Assembly: GCA_002382665.1 (NCBI GenBank)
Contig: DFZA01000009.1
Span: 294,495 to 358,494, forward strand
Length of the DNA stretch: 64,000 nucleotides
Direction of reading: 5' to 3'
From: Peptococcaceae bacterium UBA4068
GTDB lineage: Bacteria; Bacillota; Dehalobacteriia; UBA4068
The number at the start of each line of letters is the position of its first letter. Position 1 is the stretch's first letter. The notes under the pieces were generated by a model. That model saw only the letters and a program-made list of their open reading frames with translations. It searched no databases and was not told the DNA's origin. Shown one piece after another: positions 9,715 to 18,459 of the stretch. Position numbers and translations under genes: made by a program.

Positions 9715-9921
9715 TTATGCTTGTTTTCCAATCCTTAACGTCATCTTTATCGGAAAGCAATTATAATAAAGTAAACGGATGAGCCCATATAATCATTGAC
9801 ATACTAGGATCAAGGGCTTACCGGAAAAAGGATGGAGTGATCTATAATGGGAGTCATGCTGGCGGTTTCAGCAATTATTGCTCTGGCATAGTAAAATATC
9901 TGTTTTACGTCTTATTCAGGG

Positions 9922-10246
9922 GTGAGAATTTATTATCCAGATCATCTTATTTTTTTTACTGTTGCTGGTAGTGATCTACATACCCCTGGGGATATATTAG
10001 TTATAACAGACCAAAAAGTAATGCTTTCTGAATTATTATGCCCATCGAAACAGGCATTTATAAACGGCCATTTAACGCCAATCAAGTACGATTTGGGGAC
10101 TTTACGGAAACGATGCTTATAAAAGCGGGATATAAGCTTTGCGGTTCAATATGGCAAATATCCGCAGAAAACTGGAAATAAATCCCGGCGAGCCCAAATA
10201 TATCGTAACAGAAGTCGGCATCGGCTACCGTATGATCGAACAATAA
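9922..10246 (+). pseudogene. Decayed OmpR-family response regulator, winged-helix C-terminal fragment with frameshift and stop
   Basis: The frame ending at 10246 encodes RFNMANIRRKLEINPGEPKYIVTEVGIGYRMIEQ*, the OmpR wing signature. Just upstream, ...WGLYGNDAYKSGI* is interrupted by a stop. A further upstream frame reads LTPIKYDLGTLRK (helix alpha2-like). No receiver domain is present. Confidence 0.6.
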
Positions 10247-10341
10247 ATAGTATAAATATTATCCTAAAAAAAAGATGATATAGTTTTTTACTATATCATC
10301 TTTTTTTATTATTGAATATTACCTTTAAGTTTATTTGCAAT

Positions 10342-10617
10342 TTATGAAGTACGTCGCACGTTGACAATAGGAATATTAGCCAGTAGTGCCACTCCGTCAA
10401 CTTCCCTGCTTAATGACACCTCAAGTGCGCTCGTGTCTATTTCCATATACTTACCAATCGTTGCGATCAAATCCTCGCGGAGGTTTTCCATAATACTTTC
10501 AGATATATCAAGGCGGTCATGAACCAGCACCAGACGTAACCGTTCTTTTGCTATGTTTTTGCTGCTTAACTCGTCATCCTTGCCAAAAAAGTGAGCGAGA
10601 AAGCTGACAATACTCAT
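10342..10617 (-). CDS. minE: cell division topological specificity factor MinE
   Basis: MSIVSFLAHFFGK...AKERLRLVLVHDR. ATG at 10617 is preceded by a GGGGG Shine-Dalgarno. The longer tracker ORF to 10641 lacks an RBS. Confidence 0.85.
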   Translation of the reverse strand: MSIVSFLAHFFGKDDELSSKNIAKERLRLVLVHDRLDISESIMENLREDLIATIGKYMEIDTSALEVSLSREVDGVALLANIPIVNVRRTS

Positions 10618-10630
10618 ATCTTTTCCCCCT

Positions 10631-11428
10631 TTATTCTCCACTGAATAAGCTCTTGAGACGACTAAAGAAACTGTTTTTCTTAGGCGTCAAAGTCATTAAC
10701 GGCACCTCTTCACCACAGAGGCGATGGGCAATATTGCGATACGCCTGTCCGGGTAACGACGCGTCATCCATGACTGTCGGTTCACCGCGATTGGTTGAGA
10801 TAATAATCGCATCATCATCAGGAACGATGCCGAGCAGCTCCACTGCCAGAATACTAAGTATATCGTCAACACTCATCATATCACCGGTTTGGACCATATT
10901 GGTACGAATACGGTTAATGATCAAGCGCGGCGAACGAACTTCGGCTGCTTCCAGTAAACCAATGATTCTGTCGGCGTCACGCACAGCAGATACTTCAGGC
11001 GTTGTAACAACGATTGCTTCTTCAGCGCCGGCTATAGCATTTCTGAAACCATGTTCAATACCGGCAGGGCAATCGATAATCACAAAGTCAAATTCATCTT
11101 TAAGCTTATCGCAAAGCTCAACCATCTGATCTTCAGTAACAGCCGTTTTATCCTTGGTTTGCGCCGCTGGTAACAGAAACATATTCTCAAAACGCTTATC
11201 CTTAATTAGCGCTTGGTTAAGACGGCAATTTCCGCGCACCGCATCGACTATATCATAAACGATACGGTTCTCCAACCCCAAAACAACATCAAGATTACGC
11301 AGGCCGATATCAGTATCAACCATTACAACTTTTTTATCAAACATGGCTAGTGCCGTACCTAAATTAGCAGTCGTGGTAGTTTTACCAACGCCGCCTTTAC
11401 CGGAAGTAATAACTATTACTTTTCCCAT
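10631..11428 (-). CDS. minD: septum site-determining ATPase MinD
   Basis: Deviant Walker A GKGGVGKTT. Start MGKVIVITSGKGG at 11428 is preceded by AAGGAGG. Confidence 0.9.
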   Translation of the reverse strand: MGKVIVITSGKGGVGKTTTTANLGTALAMFDKKVVMVDTDIGLRNLDVVLGLENRIVYDIVDAVRGNCRLNQALIKDKRFENMFLLPAAQTKDKTAVTEDQMVELCDKLKDEFDFVIIDCPAGIEHGFRNAIAGAEEAIVVTTPEVSAVRDADRIIGLLEAAEVRSPRLIINRIRTNMVQTGDMMSVDDILSILAVELLGIVPDDDAIIISTNRGEPTVMDDASLPGQAYRNIAHRLCGEEVPLMTLTPKKNSFFSRLKSLFSGE

Positions 11429-11464
11429 CTCGTGTCCTCCTTGCAAATGAGCTAATTCCGCCAA

Positions 11465-11842
11465 TTATTTGGGTGTGTTATATTCTTCGATAATTACTTC
11501 GTCATCTTTAATCCTTGCCGTCTCCGGTCGATAAGATCTGTCTTTACTACAGCCGTCGGGAGGACGGGTTATGTGGGTAGCGATCCTCAATTGTGTCGGT
11601 ATCAATTCCAACGCCGTTATGGTAGCATCCTCATTACCGGTAGAACCGGCATGTACAACTCCACGCAATGTACCCATAACAACTATATGACCTACTGCCG
11701 CAACCTCTGCCCCAGGGTTAACATCACCTAATACTACTACATTACCATCAGAATTAATACTCTGACCGGAACGCAGTGTATGGTTAACCATTGTTGTCGG
11801 CAGATTGGTTAATCTATCCGGCCATTCCATTAAAAAATTCAC
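11465..11842 (-). CDS. minC: septum site-determining protein MinC, short form with the C-terminal beta-helix domain only
   Basis: 125 aa with the C-terminal MinD-binding region (VVVLGDVNPGAEV...). Located upstream of minDE. Confidence 0.7.
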   Translation of the reverse strand: MNFLMEWPDRLTNLPTTMVNHTLRSGQSINSDGNVVVLGDVNPGAEVAAVGHIVVMGTLRGVVHAGSTGNEDATITALELIPTQLRIATHITRPPDGCSKDRSYRPETARIKDDEVIIEEYNTPK

Positions 11843-11966
11843 TCCTCATATTTATATCATAACAGTTAGTTTTCTATATCCAATATCTTTTTCCTGCCGA
11901 TTATCAGGCTTTAATGATATTTAAAATCTTATAGCAGCTATTCTTCATAAGATATAACTTATTACA

Positions 11967-12178
11967 GCTTCCGCTTCCGCTTCCGCTTCCGCTTCCGCTT
12001 CCGCCTCCGTCTCAGTCTCAGTCTCAGTCTTAGCCCCAGCCTCTACCTCAGTTCCAGCCTCCGCCTTAGCCCCAGCCTCTATCTCAGTTCCAGCCTCCGC
12101 CTTAGCCCCAGCCTCGATCCCAGCCTTAGACTCCGCGTACGTGGATGTTACTGTTGTTGCTGCTGTTGCTGTTCTGCG
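11967..12178. repeat. Tandem-repeat tract: (CTTCCG)x7, (CTCAGT)x3 and a 36-mer x2, running into the poly-Gln codons of mrdA
   Basis: Direct reading of the sequence. Lies between the mrdA stop (12148-12150) and the minC start. Confidence 0.9.
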
Positions 12179-14004
12179 CCAAAGTATGCCTTAGCCACAT
12201 TGACAAATACTTTACCGGCGCTGGTACTGCCGTGGCCGCCATATTCGACAACGCAGGCAAAAGCAATTTCCGGATTATCATAAGGTGCAAAAGCAACAAA
12301 AACGCCATGGTTATCGTTCTCATCTGAAGACAAACCGGTCTGAGCAGTACCTGTTTTGGCGCCAAAACTGATGTCAAGCTGCCGGGCAAGACTGTAGGCA
12401 GTACCGCCCTTTTGCGTCACCATATACATACCTTTACGAACAGTTGCAAAAATTTGCGGATCAAGATCTATTTTTTGGGCCACTGTCGGTGTCGCTTCAT
12501 AAAGCAATTTACCAGAGCTGTCATAGGCCTCTTGAACCAGATAGGGTTTCATTCGCGCGCCGTTATTGGCCAGTGCTGCAATGTATGCTGCCAATTGTAT
12601 GGGCGTTGCTGAAGTATATCCTTGACCCATGCCGGTATAGTAACTGTCATAATCATGCCAATCTTTTTCCCAACCAGTAAATTTTGACGCTTTCCATTCA
12701 GCGGAAGGCATCAGTCCTGCTACCTCGCCTGGCAATTCAATACCAGTCTTACTGCCAAGTCCGAACACTGTACCGATTTCATGTAGTTTATCAATGCCAA
12801 CCCTATAGCCCATCTCTTGAAAGTAACTATTACAGGACACTGCCATTGCCTGATAGAAGTTTACATAACCATGCACGCCAGTACAAGCAGCGCGCCCATT
12901 TTTTCCCCAGTTCTTTGGATTACAATCCACCGTCTCCGAAGTACTTATCCCTGACGCCAACAGCGCCACAGCTGTTATTGGCTTAAATGTAGAACCGGTT
13001 GGATACGATGAAGCAATCGCACGATTAACGGTCGGCGTCAAATCTTCATCCCAATAGTATTTTGCTTTTTCAGTTGTTAAGCCATTAGCAAAATCATTGG
13101 AATCAATAAAAGGATAACTGGCCATAGCAATTACCGCGCCGGTTTTAACATTTATTACAACAGCAGCCGCTGCATCACATTTGGGTTGATCTTTCGCAAT
13201 CTGTTTCACGACATCTGACATTGAATCCTCCAATACTTTTTGAATACTGGAATCAATCGTTAACACCAATGTATCGCCCGCAACCGGCTCCGCGCTATAT
13301 ATAGTATCAACCTTACGGAAATTTGCCGTCACCTCTACCTCTTCAACGCCAGCTTCTCCACGTAATGAAACGGTTTTCCCATCAAAATCGGTTGTTTCCA
13401 TGGTTTTTTCCAATCCGGATTTGCCGATCCAGTCATTTACTAGATAACCGCTGTCGGAATTTTTCTTAAGTTCGCTTTCACTGATTTTACCAACTGTACC
13501 TAAAATATGTCCGGCCAAAGTACCTAAAGGATAATTACGCATTGGTTCTTCGGTAATTGTAACGCCAGGAAGCTCGTCACGCTTTTCCTCAATTGTATTG
13601 ATAATCTCCAAGCCCTCATCATAGCTATAACGTTTAAGTACTATCGGTTCATAGCTTGGATAATGGCTATCAATTGTTTTTTTAATAACATCCGCCGTTA
13701 ATTCCGGATCATTAATAATACCGGCAAGTTTTTTCGCCAAAGCTTTACTGTCATCAACATCACCGGCTGAAATAGAAATAGCAAACACCACTTCATTGTT
13801 GGCTAATAACACACCCTTAGAATCATAAATCAGTCCGCGGGGGGCAGCTACTGATAAAATCCTAACGCTATTTTGCTCAGAGACATCGGCCATAGCTTTG
13901 CCTTCAACAATCTGCAGATAAAATAGACGGCAAACTAAAATAATAAATAATATTATAATGAAAATAGTTAATATTTTTTTACGATGCTGAAACAACTTAT
14001 TCAT
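12148..14004 (-). CDS. mrdA: penicillin-binding protein 2 (elongation transpeptidase) with a poly-Gln C-terminus
   Basis: PBP dimerisation and transpeptidase domains (STFK, SCN, KTGT motifs). Position after mreBCD. Ends ...GAEQQQQQQQ*. Confidence 0.85.
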   Translation of the reverse strand: MNKLFQHRKKILTIFIIILFIILVCRLFYLQIVEGKAMADVSEQNSVRILSVAAPRGLIYDSKGVLLANNEVVFAISISAGDVDDSKALAKKLAGIINDPELTADVIKKTIDSHYPSYEPIVLKRYSYDEGLEIINTIEEKRDELPGVTITEEPMRNYPLGTLAGHILGTVGKISESELKKNSDSGYLVNDWIGKSGLEKTMETTDFDGKTVSLRGEAGVEEVEVTANFRKVDTIYSAEPVAGDTLVLTIDSSIQKVLEDSMSDVVKQIAKDQPKCDAAAAVVINVKTGAVIAMASYPFIDSNDFANGLTTEKAKYYWDEDLTPTVNRAIASSYPTGSTFKPITAVALLASGISTSETVDCNPKNWGKNGRAACTGVHGYVNFYQAMAVSCNSYFQEMGYRVGIDKLHEIGTVFGLGSKTGIELPGEVAGLMPSAEWKASKFTGWEKDWHDYDSYYTGMGQGYTSATPIQLAAYIAALANNGARMKPYLVQEAYDSSGKLLYEATPTVAQKIDLDPQIFATVRKGMYMVTQKGGTAYSLARQLDISFGAKTGTAQTGLSSDENDNHGVFVAFAPYDNPEIAFACVVEYGGHGSTSAGKVFVNVAKAYFGAEQQQQQQQ

Positions 14005-14023
14005 ATAGATCCCTTATTAATTT

Positions 14024-14542
14024 CTAAAACTGGTTGTGAGTAGGTTGAACAAATACCAAATATACAAATAGAAAGATCAATGGTGCTGGAATTGCAATAT
14101 AAATAGACCGCGGTAAAACAATACAAAAGAAGCTATATAAAAAGGGTAAATTTAATCCAACCAGATACGAAAATAATATATAAACAAAACCGGATCCTAA
14201 TGAAGCTAAGAATACTGCAATCATCGGTAAGAGATAATTCTCTTTATAAAATTTACTTCCAATATAACTGGCCATTAAAGCCATAGCTGCCTTGGCAAGC
14301 AAAAATAACCCGATATATTTACCGATAAACAAGCCTTCGATTAAACCAATCCCGGCACCCACGGCCATAGCCGGGATTGGCCGCATATATAATGCGGTAA
14401 ATACCACAAAATAGGCTAATAAATCGGGCACAATACCGTTGATGGCAATTTTATGGATTAAGGTGTTCTGCCAAATTACTGCAACGATGAATAAAAAGAC
14501 CAGTAAGACGCGTTGCTTGACAGATAACATTTGATAATTCAT
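14024..14542 (-). CDS. mreD: rod shape-determining protein MreD
   Basis: 172 aa polytopic membrane protein downstream of mreC. Confidence 0.75.
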   Translation of the reverse strand: MNYQMLSVKQRVLLVFLFIVAVIWQNTLIHKIAINGIVPDLLAYFVVFTALYMRPIPAMAVGAGIGLIEGLFIGKYIGLFLLAKAAMALMASYIGSKFYKENYLLPMIAVFLASLGSGFVYILFSYLVGLNLPFLYSFFCIVLPRSIYIAIPAPLIFLFVYLVFVQPTHNQF

Positions 14543-14578
14543 AGTTTCATCCTTGTTTTATTCCACGCCGGCTGCGGT

Positions 14579-15460
14579 TTAATCGTTTGCATCATTAGTT
14601 GACTCTTTGCCGCTATCTTTTGTGTCAATGTTAGCTCCGGAATTAAGTAATACCAGTACACTCTCGACTTTATTAAAGTCGACAAAAGGTATTATTTCCG
14701 CTTGCAGCGTCAGACTGCCGTTGCTTTTCTTAATCTTACCGATAGTACCAATTCGTAGACCAGGAGGATAATAACTTCCCAACCCTGAGCTGATAATAAT
14801 CTGGCCCTTGACGACTTTTGATTCGGCAGGGATATGAACCATTAATAATTTGTTACTGCGTCCGCCTTCAACAATACCGGCATCACGGGTAATTTCCGCA
14901 ATGGCGGCTACGGCGCTTTCCGCATCGGTAATCAATAACACTTCCGCAGTATTATCCGTAACTTGCCAAATCCTGCCAATCAAACCGTCGCCGCTGATCA
15001 CTGGCATTCCCACAGCAAAACCATCTTTACTGCCGCCGTCAATGGTAATAGTTTCATACCACCCTTGAGAGGAGCGGCCAATTACCGTAGCACCTTTCGG
15101 TTGCCAATCTTGAACAGTTTCGGCCATATTCAAAAGACCTCTAAGACGTTTGTTTTCCTGAGCAACCTCGGTCATATATGTATTTTTTGATTGAAGGTCG
15201 CCAACTTCTTCTTTTAGCTTTTCGTTTTCATCAACCAAACCATTCACGGCTGAAAAATATTTTGGTAACAGGGCAATTTTCTCGGAAAGAGTTAAAGTAG
15301 AGCTTTGCAGCGGCGATGCGCTCTCACGCAATATTTTCTCAACCAGAGAAAGACCGCCTCTACTCATTGACGTAGTAGCAGCTAAAATTAATGCGGCTGA
15401 GATTAACAAGATGATTATTAATATTCGGCCTTGAAATCTGAATCTTCGCAACTGCTTCAC
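14579..15460 (-). CDS. mreC: rod shape-determining protein MreC
   Basis: N-terminal TM helix, coiled coil, then beta domains (GLIGRI...). Position between mreB and mreD. Confidence 0.85.
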   Translation of the reverse strand: MKQLRRFRFQGRILIIILLISAALILAATTSMSRGGLSLVEKILRESASPLQSSTLTLSEKIALLPKYFSAVNGLVDENEKLKEEVGDLQSKNTYMTEVAQENKRLRGLLNMAETVQDWQPKGATVIGRSSQGWYETITIDGGSKDGFAVGMPVISGDGLIGRIWQVTDNTAEVLLITDAESAVAAIAEITRDAGIVEGGRSNKLLMVHIPAESKVVKGQIIISSGLGSYYPPGLRIGTIGKIKKSNGSLTLQAEIIPFVDFNKVESVLVLLNSGANIDTKDSGKESTNDAND

Positions 15461-15469
15461 CTATCCCCA

Positions 15470-16498
15470 CTAATAACGAGGTCTACCTAGACGCAATACT
15501 CTTTTGGTCGCCTCAAAATTTTCTAAAACTTTTCCGGTGCCCAATACTACGCTATTTAAAGGTTTCTCGGCATAATGAACGCACAAATCCGTTTCATCTG
15601 CTATTACTTTGTCTAGTCCATAGATCAACGAGCCGCCGCCGGTTAATATGATACCTCTGTCCATGATATCCGACATCAACTCCGGCGGTACTTTTTCCAA
15701 ACATGACTTGACCGCATCGATTATCTGTTCAGTTGTTTCCGATAAGGCTAAACAAATTTCCCGGGCGCTGATCACAGCGGTACGCGGCAAGCCATTGGTA
15801 GTATCGCGTCCACCGATCTCAATATGCTTATCGAGATAGTGGCTGTCCAGCTTGGCGCCGCCAATGTTTATTTTGATATCCTCAGCCGTCCTTTCGCCAA
15901 TATGCAAATTATAAGTCCGGCGAACATGGTTGATAATTGCCGTATCCATGGCATCGCCGGCAACACGGATTGACCGTAAGGCAACAACGCCACCCAAAGA
16001 AATAATAGCTACCTCTGTAGTACCGCCGCCGATATCAATGACCATATTGCCATGAGGCTCCATAACATCAATATTGGCTCCCAGAGCGGCCGCCATCGGT
16101 TCTTCGATCAAATAAGCTTCATGGGCGCCGGCGGAAAGTGTCGATTCTCTGACTGCTCGCTCTTCAACAGCAGTAACGCCAGAAGGGACACATACCACGG
16201 CGCGCACGCGTTTGAAAAAGCGGTTGCCGCCACTGGCTGTCTTGCTGATTACATACTTGATCATGCTTTGAGTATAATCATAGTTGGCGATAACACCTTC
16301 TTTTACCGGACGAATGGCACTAATGTTGCCAGGAGTTCGGCCAATCATGTGTTTTGCCTCTAAACCAACAGCCAATACGTTGCCGTTTTTACTATCAACC
16401 GCTATAACTGACGGTTCGTCTAAAACAATTCCTTTGCCTTTAAGATAAACCAATATATTAGCAGTTCCTAAATCGATGCCGATCTCTGTAGAAATCAT
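15470..16498 (-). CDS. mreB: rod shape-determining protein MreB
   Basis: Actin-fold motifs (IGIDLGTAN, DIGGGTTE). ATG at 16498 is preceded by GGAGGG. Confidence 0.9.
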   Translation of the reverse strand: MISTEIGIDLGTANILVYLKGKGIVLDEPSVIAVDSKNGNVLAVGLEAKHMIGRTPGNISAIRPVKEGVIANYDYTQSMIKYVISKTASGGNRFFKRVRAVVCVPSGVTAVEERAVRESTLSAGAHEAYLIEEPMAAALGANIDVMEPHGNMVIDIGGGTTEVAIISLGGVVALRSIRVAGDAMDTAIINHVRRTYNLHIGERTAEDIKINIGGAKLDSHYLDKHIEIGGRDTTNGLPRTAVISAREICLALSETTEQIIDAVKSCLEKVPPELMSDIMDRGIILTGGGSLIYGLDKVIADETDLCVHYAEKPLNSVVLGTGKVLENFEATKRVLRLGRPRY

Positions 16499-16555
16499 CC
16501 TTGCTTTCCCTCCGTTTAAAATATATAAAACCAATCTACAACCAGCTTAATTTTA

Positions 16556-17176
16556 CTATTTATTTGTTTTCCTGAGATTGGCTGCCAATTCTCTTAACAG
16601 CGGCAATGACAAGCCAACCACAGTTCCGTAATCGCCGTCAATTTTCTCTACAAACATACCGCCAAGTCCTTGAATGCCGTAAGCACCGGCCTTATCCAGC
16701 GGCTCACCAGTTTCTATATAAGCGTTAATATCCTCATTATCAATCTCACCGAAAGTAACCAAACTGGTTCTTTGACCGCAAGTCATGGCACCAGTAGCAG
16801 TATCAATCAAACATACCGCCGTATATACCGAGTGAGTTATACCGGAAAGCTGGCGCAACATTGAGGCAGCTTCAACCGCATCGGCGGGCTTACCCATCAG
16901 TCGATTGTCAATTGCTACTACCGTATCGGCAGCAATAATAACAGCGTCGCCACATTCGTTTGCCGCTGCCCAGGCCTTGAGCATAGCGTTTTCTCTGACT
17001 AAAACAGCCGGTGACATTTGCGGATCGTCAATCTCTTCAACTGCAACAGGATGTACCAGCGGATTAATTCCTATTTGCTCTAATAATTGCAATCTTCTTG
17101 GACTGGCGCTGGCTAACACAACTTGTCTACTATCAAACATATCAAACATTATTATATCCCTTCGTTGCTTAAACAT
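16556..17176 (-). CDS. maf: Maf-like nucleoside triphosphate pyrophosphatase
   Basis: LASASPRR motif, about 200 aa, upstream of mreB as in Bacillus. Confidence 0.85.
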   Translation of the reverse strand: MFKQRRDIIMFDMFDSRQVVLASASPRRLQLLEQIGINPLVHPVAVEEIDDPQMSPAVLVRENAMLKAWAAANECGDAVIIAADTVVAIDNRLMGKPADAVEAASMLRQLSGITHSVYTAVCLIDTATGAMTCGQRTSLVTFGEIDNEDINAYIETGEPLDKAGAYGIQGLGGMFVEKIDGDYGTVVGLSLPLLRELAANLRKTNK

Positions 17177-18459
17177 TTGCGTACTTCGGCAATCAAATAC
17201 AACGAACCGGTCGCCAAGAGCATTGAATTGTCAGTTTCATTTACCAGTTTTAACGCCATCTGACATGATTTTAAAACATCTTGCTCTTGCCAAACAGCTA
17301 GTTTACCTCGGTCTCTGCAATAAGCGGCAATACGCTGCCAGTCGCCGGCGCGCGCTGAAGGCGGAGGACATACAATTATTTTTTCCAAATGCGGCAGCAA
17401 TATATCAAGAGCTCGCTCCCTCTCCTTATCGGCAAGCATTCCTATCAAAGCAACTACTTTTTTGTTTGGCCACAATTTTGACAATGCTACCGCTAAAGAT
17501 TGCATACCCTGACAATTATGAGCGCCGTCAAGTACTATCAAAGGTTGCCGACTGATGATCTCTAACCGTGCCGGCCATTTTACGGTTGCCATACCATTAC
17601 GGATCGATTGCTCACTGCAGCCTGCTAATTGGCAGGCTGCAACGGCTAAAGCAGCATTGGCAGCCTGGTGATCGCCTAATAGCGGCAGCTTTAAATCACT
17701 ATAGTGATGATTGCTGGCAGTAATATCTATTACCTGTGAAACATCATTATAATTCTTAATATAAAAACGGATATCCTGTCCTAAAATTCTTAATGAAGCT
17801 TGCTGCTCTGCTACCTTTTTCTTGATTACATCCAAAGCTACGCCATCAGCTCCACTGATTACAGCTGCGCCCTGTTTGATAATGCCAGCTTTAACAGTAG
17901 CAATTTCCTCGATAGTATTACCAAGATACTGCATATGATCCCAATCGACATTGGTGATCACGGCAATTTCCCCGTCAATTATATTAGTCGAATCAATAGC
18001 CCCGCCTAAGCCGGTCTCCATAATCGCCCAATCAACGCCTGATGCCGCAAAATAACAAAGCGCCAAAGCTGTGCTGACTTCGAATTCGGTAGGCTGTTCA
18101 AAACCATCGTCGGTCATTTTTCGTACCACAGGGAAAATATCACTCATGTGATACGCCAATGTCTCTTCACTGATCGGCTGACCACAAAGACAGAACCTTT
18201 CTCTATAACTATAAAGATGTGGTGAAGAGAAAAAGCCTGTCCGATATCCTTGAGATCGCAAAATCGACTCACTAATCGCCGCAACTGATCCTTTGCCGTT
18301 AGTACCTGCAATATGAATGTAGTGATTTATACGCTGTTGCGGATTTCCTAAACGTTTGAGTAACTCAGCTATTCTCTGTAATCCAAGATTGATACCAAAT
18401 TTACTTAAATTCTTTAATTCGTTAATACTTTGTTGGTAATTCATATCTATTAATCTCAA
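17152..18459 (-). CDS. folC: folylpolyglutamate synthase / dihydrofolate synthase
   Basis: Mur ligase family motif HIAGTNGKGS. 435 aa, downstream of valS as in B. subtilis. Confidence 0.85.
   Translation of the reverse strand: MRLIDMNYQQSINELKNLSKFGINLGLQRIAELLKRLGNPQQRINHYIHIAGTNGKGSVAAISESILRSQGYRTGFFSSPHLYSYRERFCLCGQPISEETLAYHMSDIFPVVRKMTDDGFEQPTEFEVSTALALCYFAASGVDWAIMETGLGGAIDSTNIIDGEIAVITNVDWDHMQYLGNTIEEIATVKAGIIKQGAAVISGADGVALDVIKKKVAEQQASLRILGQDIRFYIKNYNDVSQVIDITASNHHYSDLKLPLLGDHQAANAALAVAACQLAGCSEQSIRNGMATVKWPARLEIISRQPLIVLDGAHNCQGMQSLAVALSKLWPNKKVVALIGMLADKERERALDILLPHLEKIIVCPPPSARAGDWQRIAAYCRDRGKLAVWQEQDVLKSCQMALKLVNETDNSMLLATGSLYLIAEVRKCLSNEGI

Noticed and set aside
10618-10641. 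Longer N-termini for minE, minD, mreB, AOR, S-component genes and aminotransferase 1 as given by the ORF tracker
   Set aside because: In each case a downstream ATG has a strong Shine-Dalgarno at correct spacing and matches the conserved protein N-terminus. The upstream extension lacks an RBS.
10653-11129. 158 aa + strand ORF antisense to minD, plus the other antisense ORFs inside large genes (e.g. 16905..17555, 24746..25318, 31729..32190, 62734..63141)
   Set aside because: They lie opposite well-supported conserved genes, lack RBSs and have biased, serine/arginine-rich composition typical of antisense frames in GC-skewed codons.
12126-12389. 87 aa minus-strand ORF overlapping the mrdA 3' end and the tandem repeats
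   Set aside because: It is out of frame with PBP2 inside its conserved coding region and its N-terminus is pure repeat translation. An artefact of the open repeat tract.
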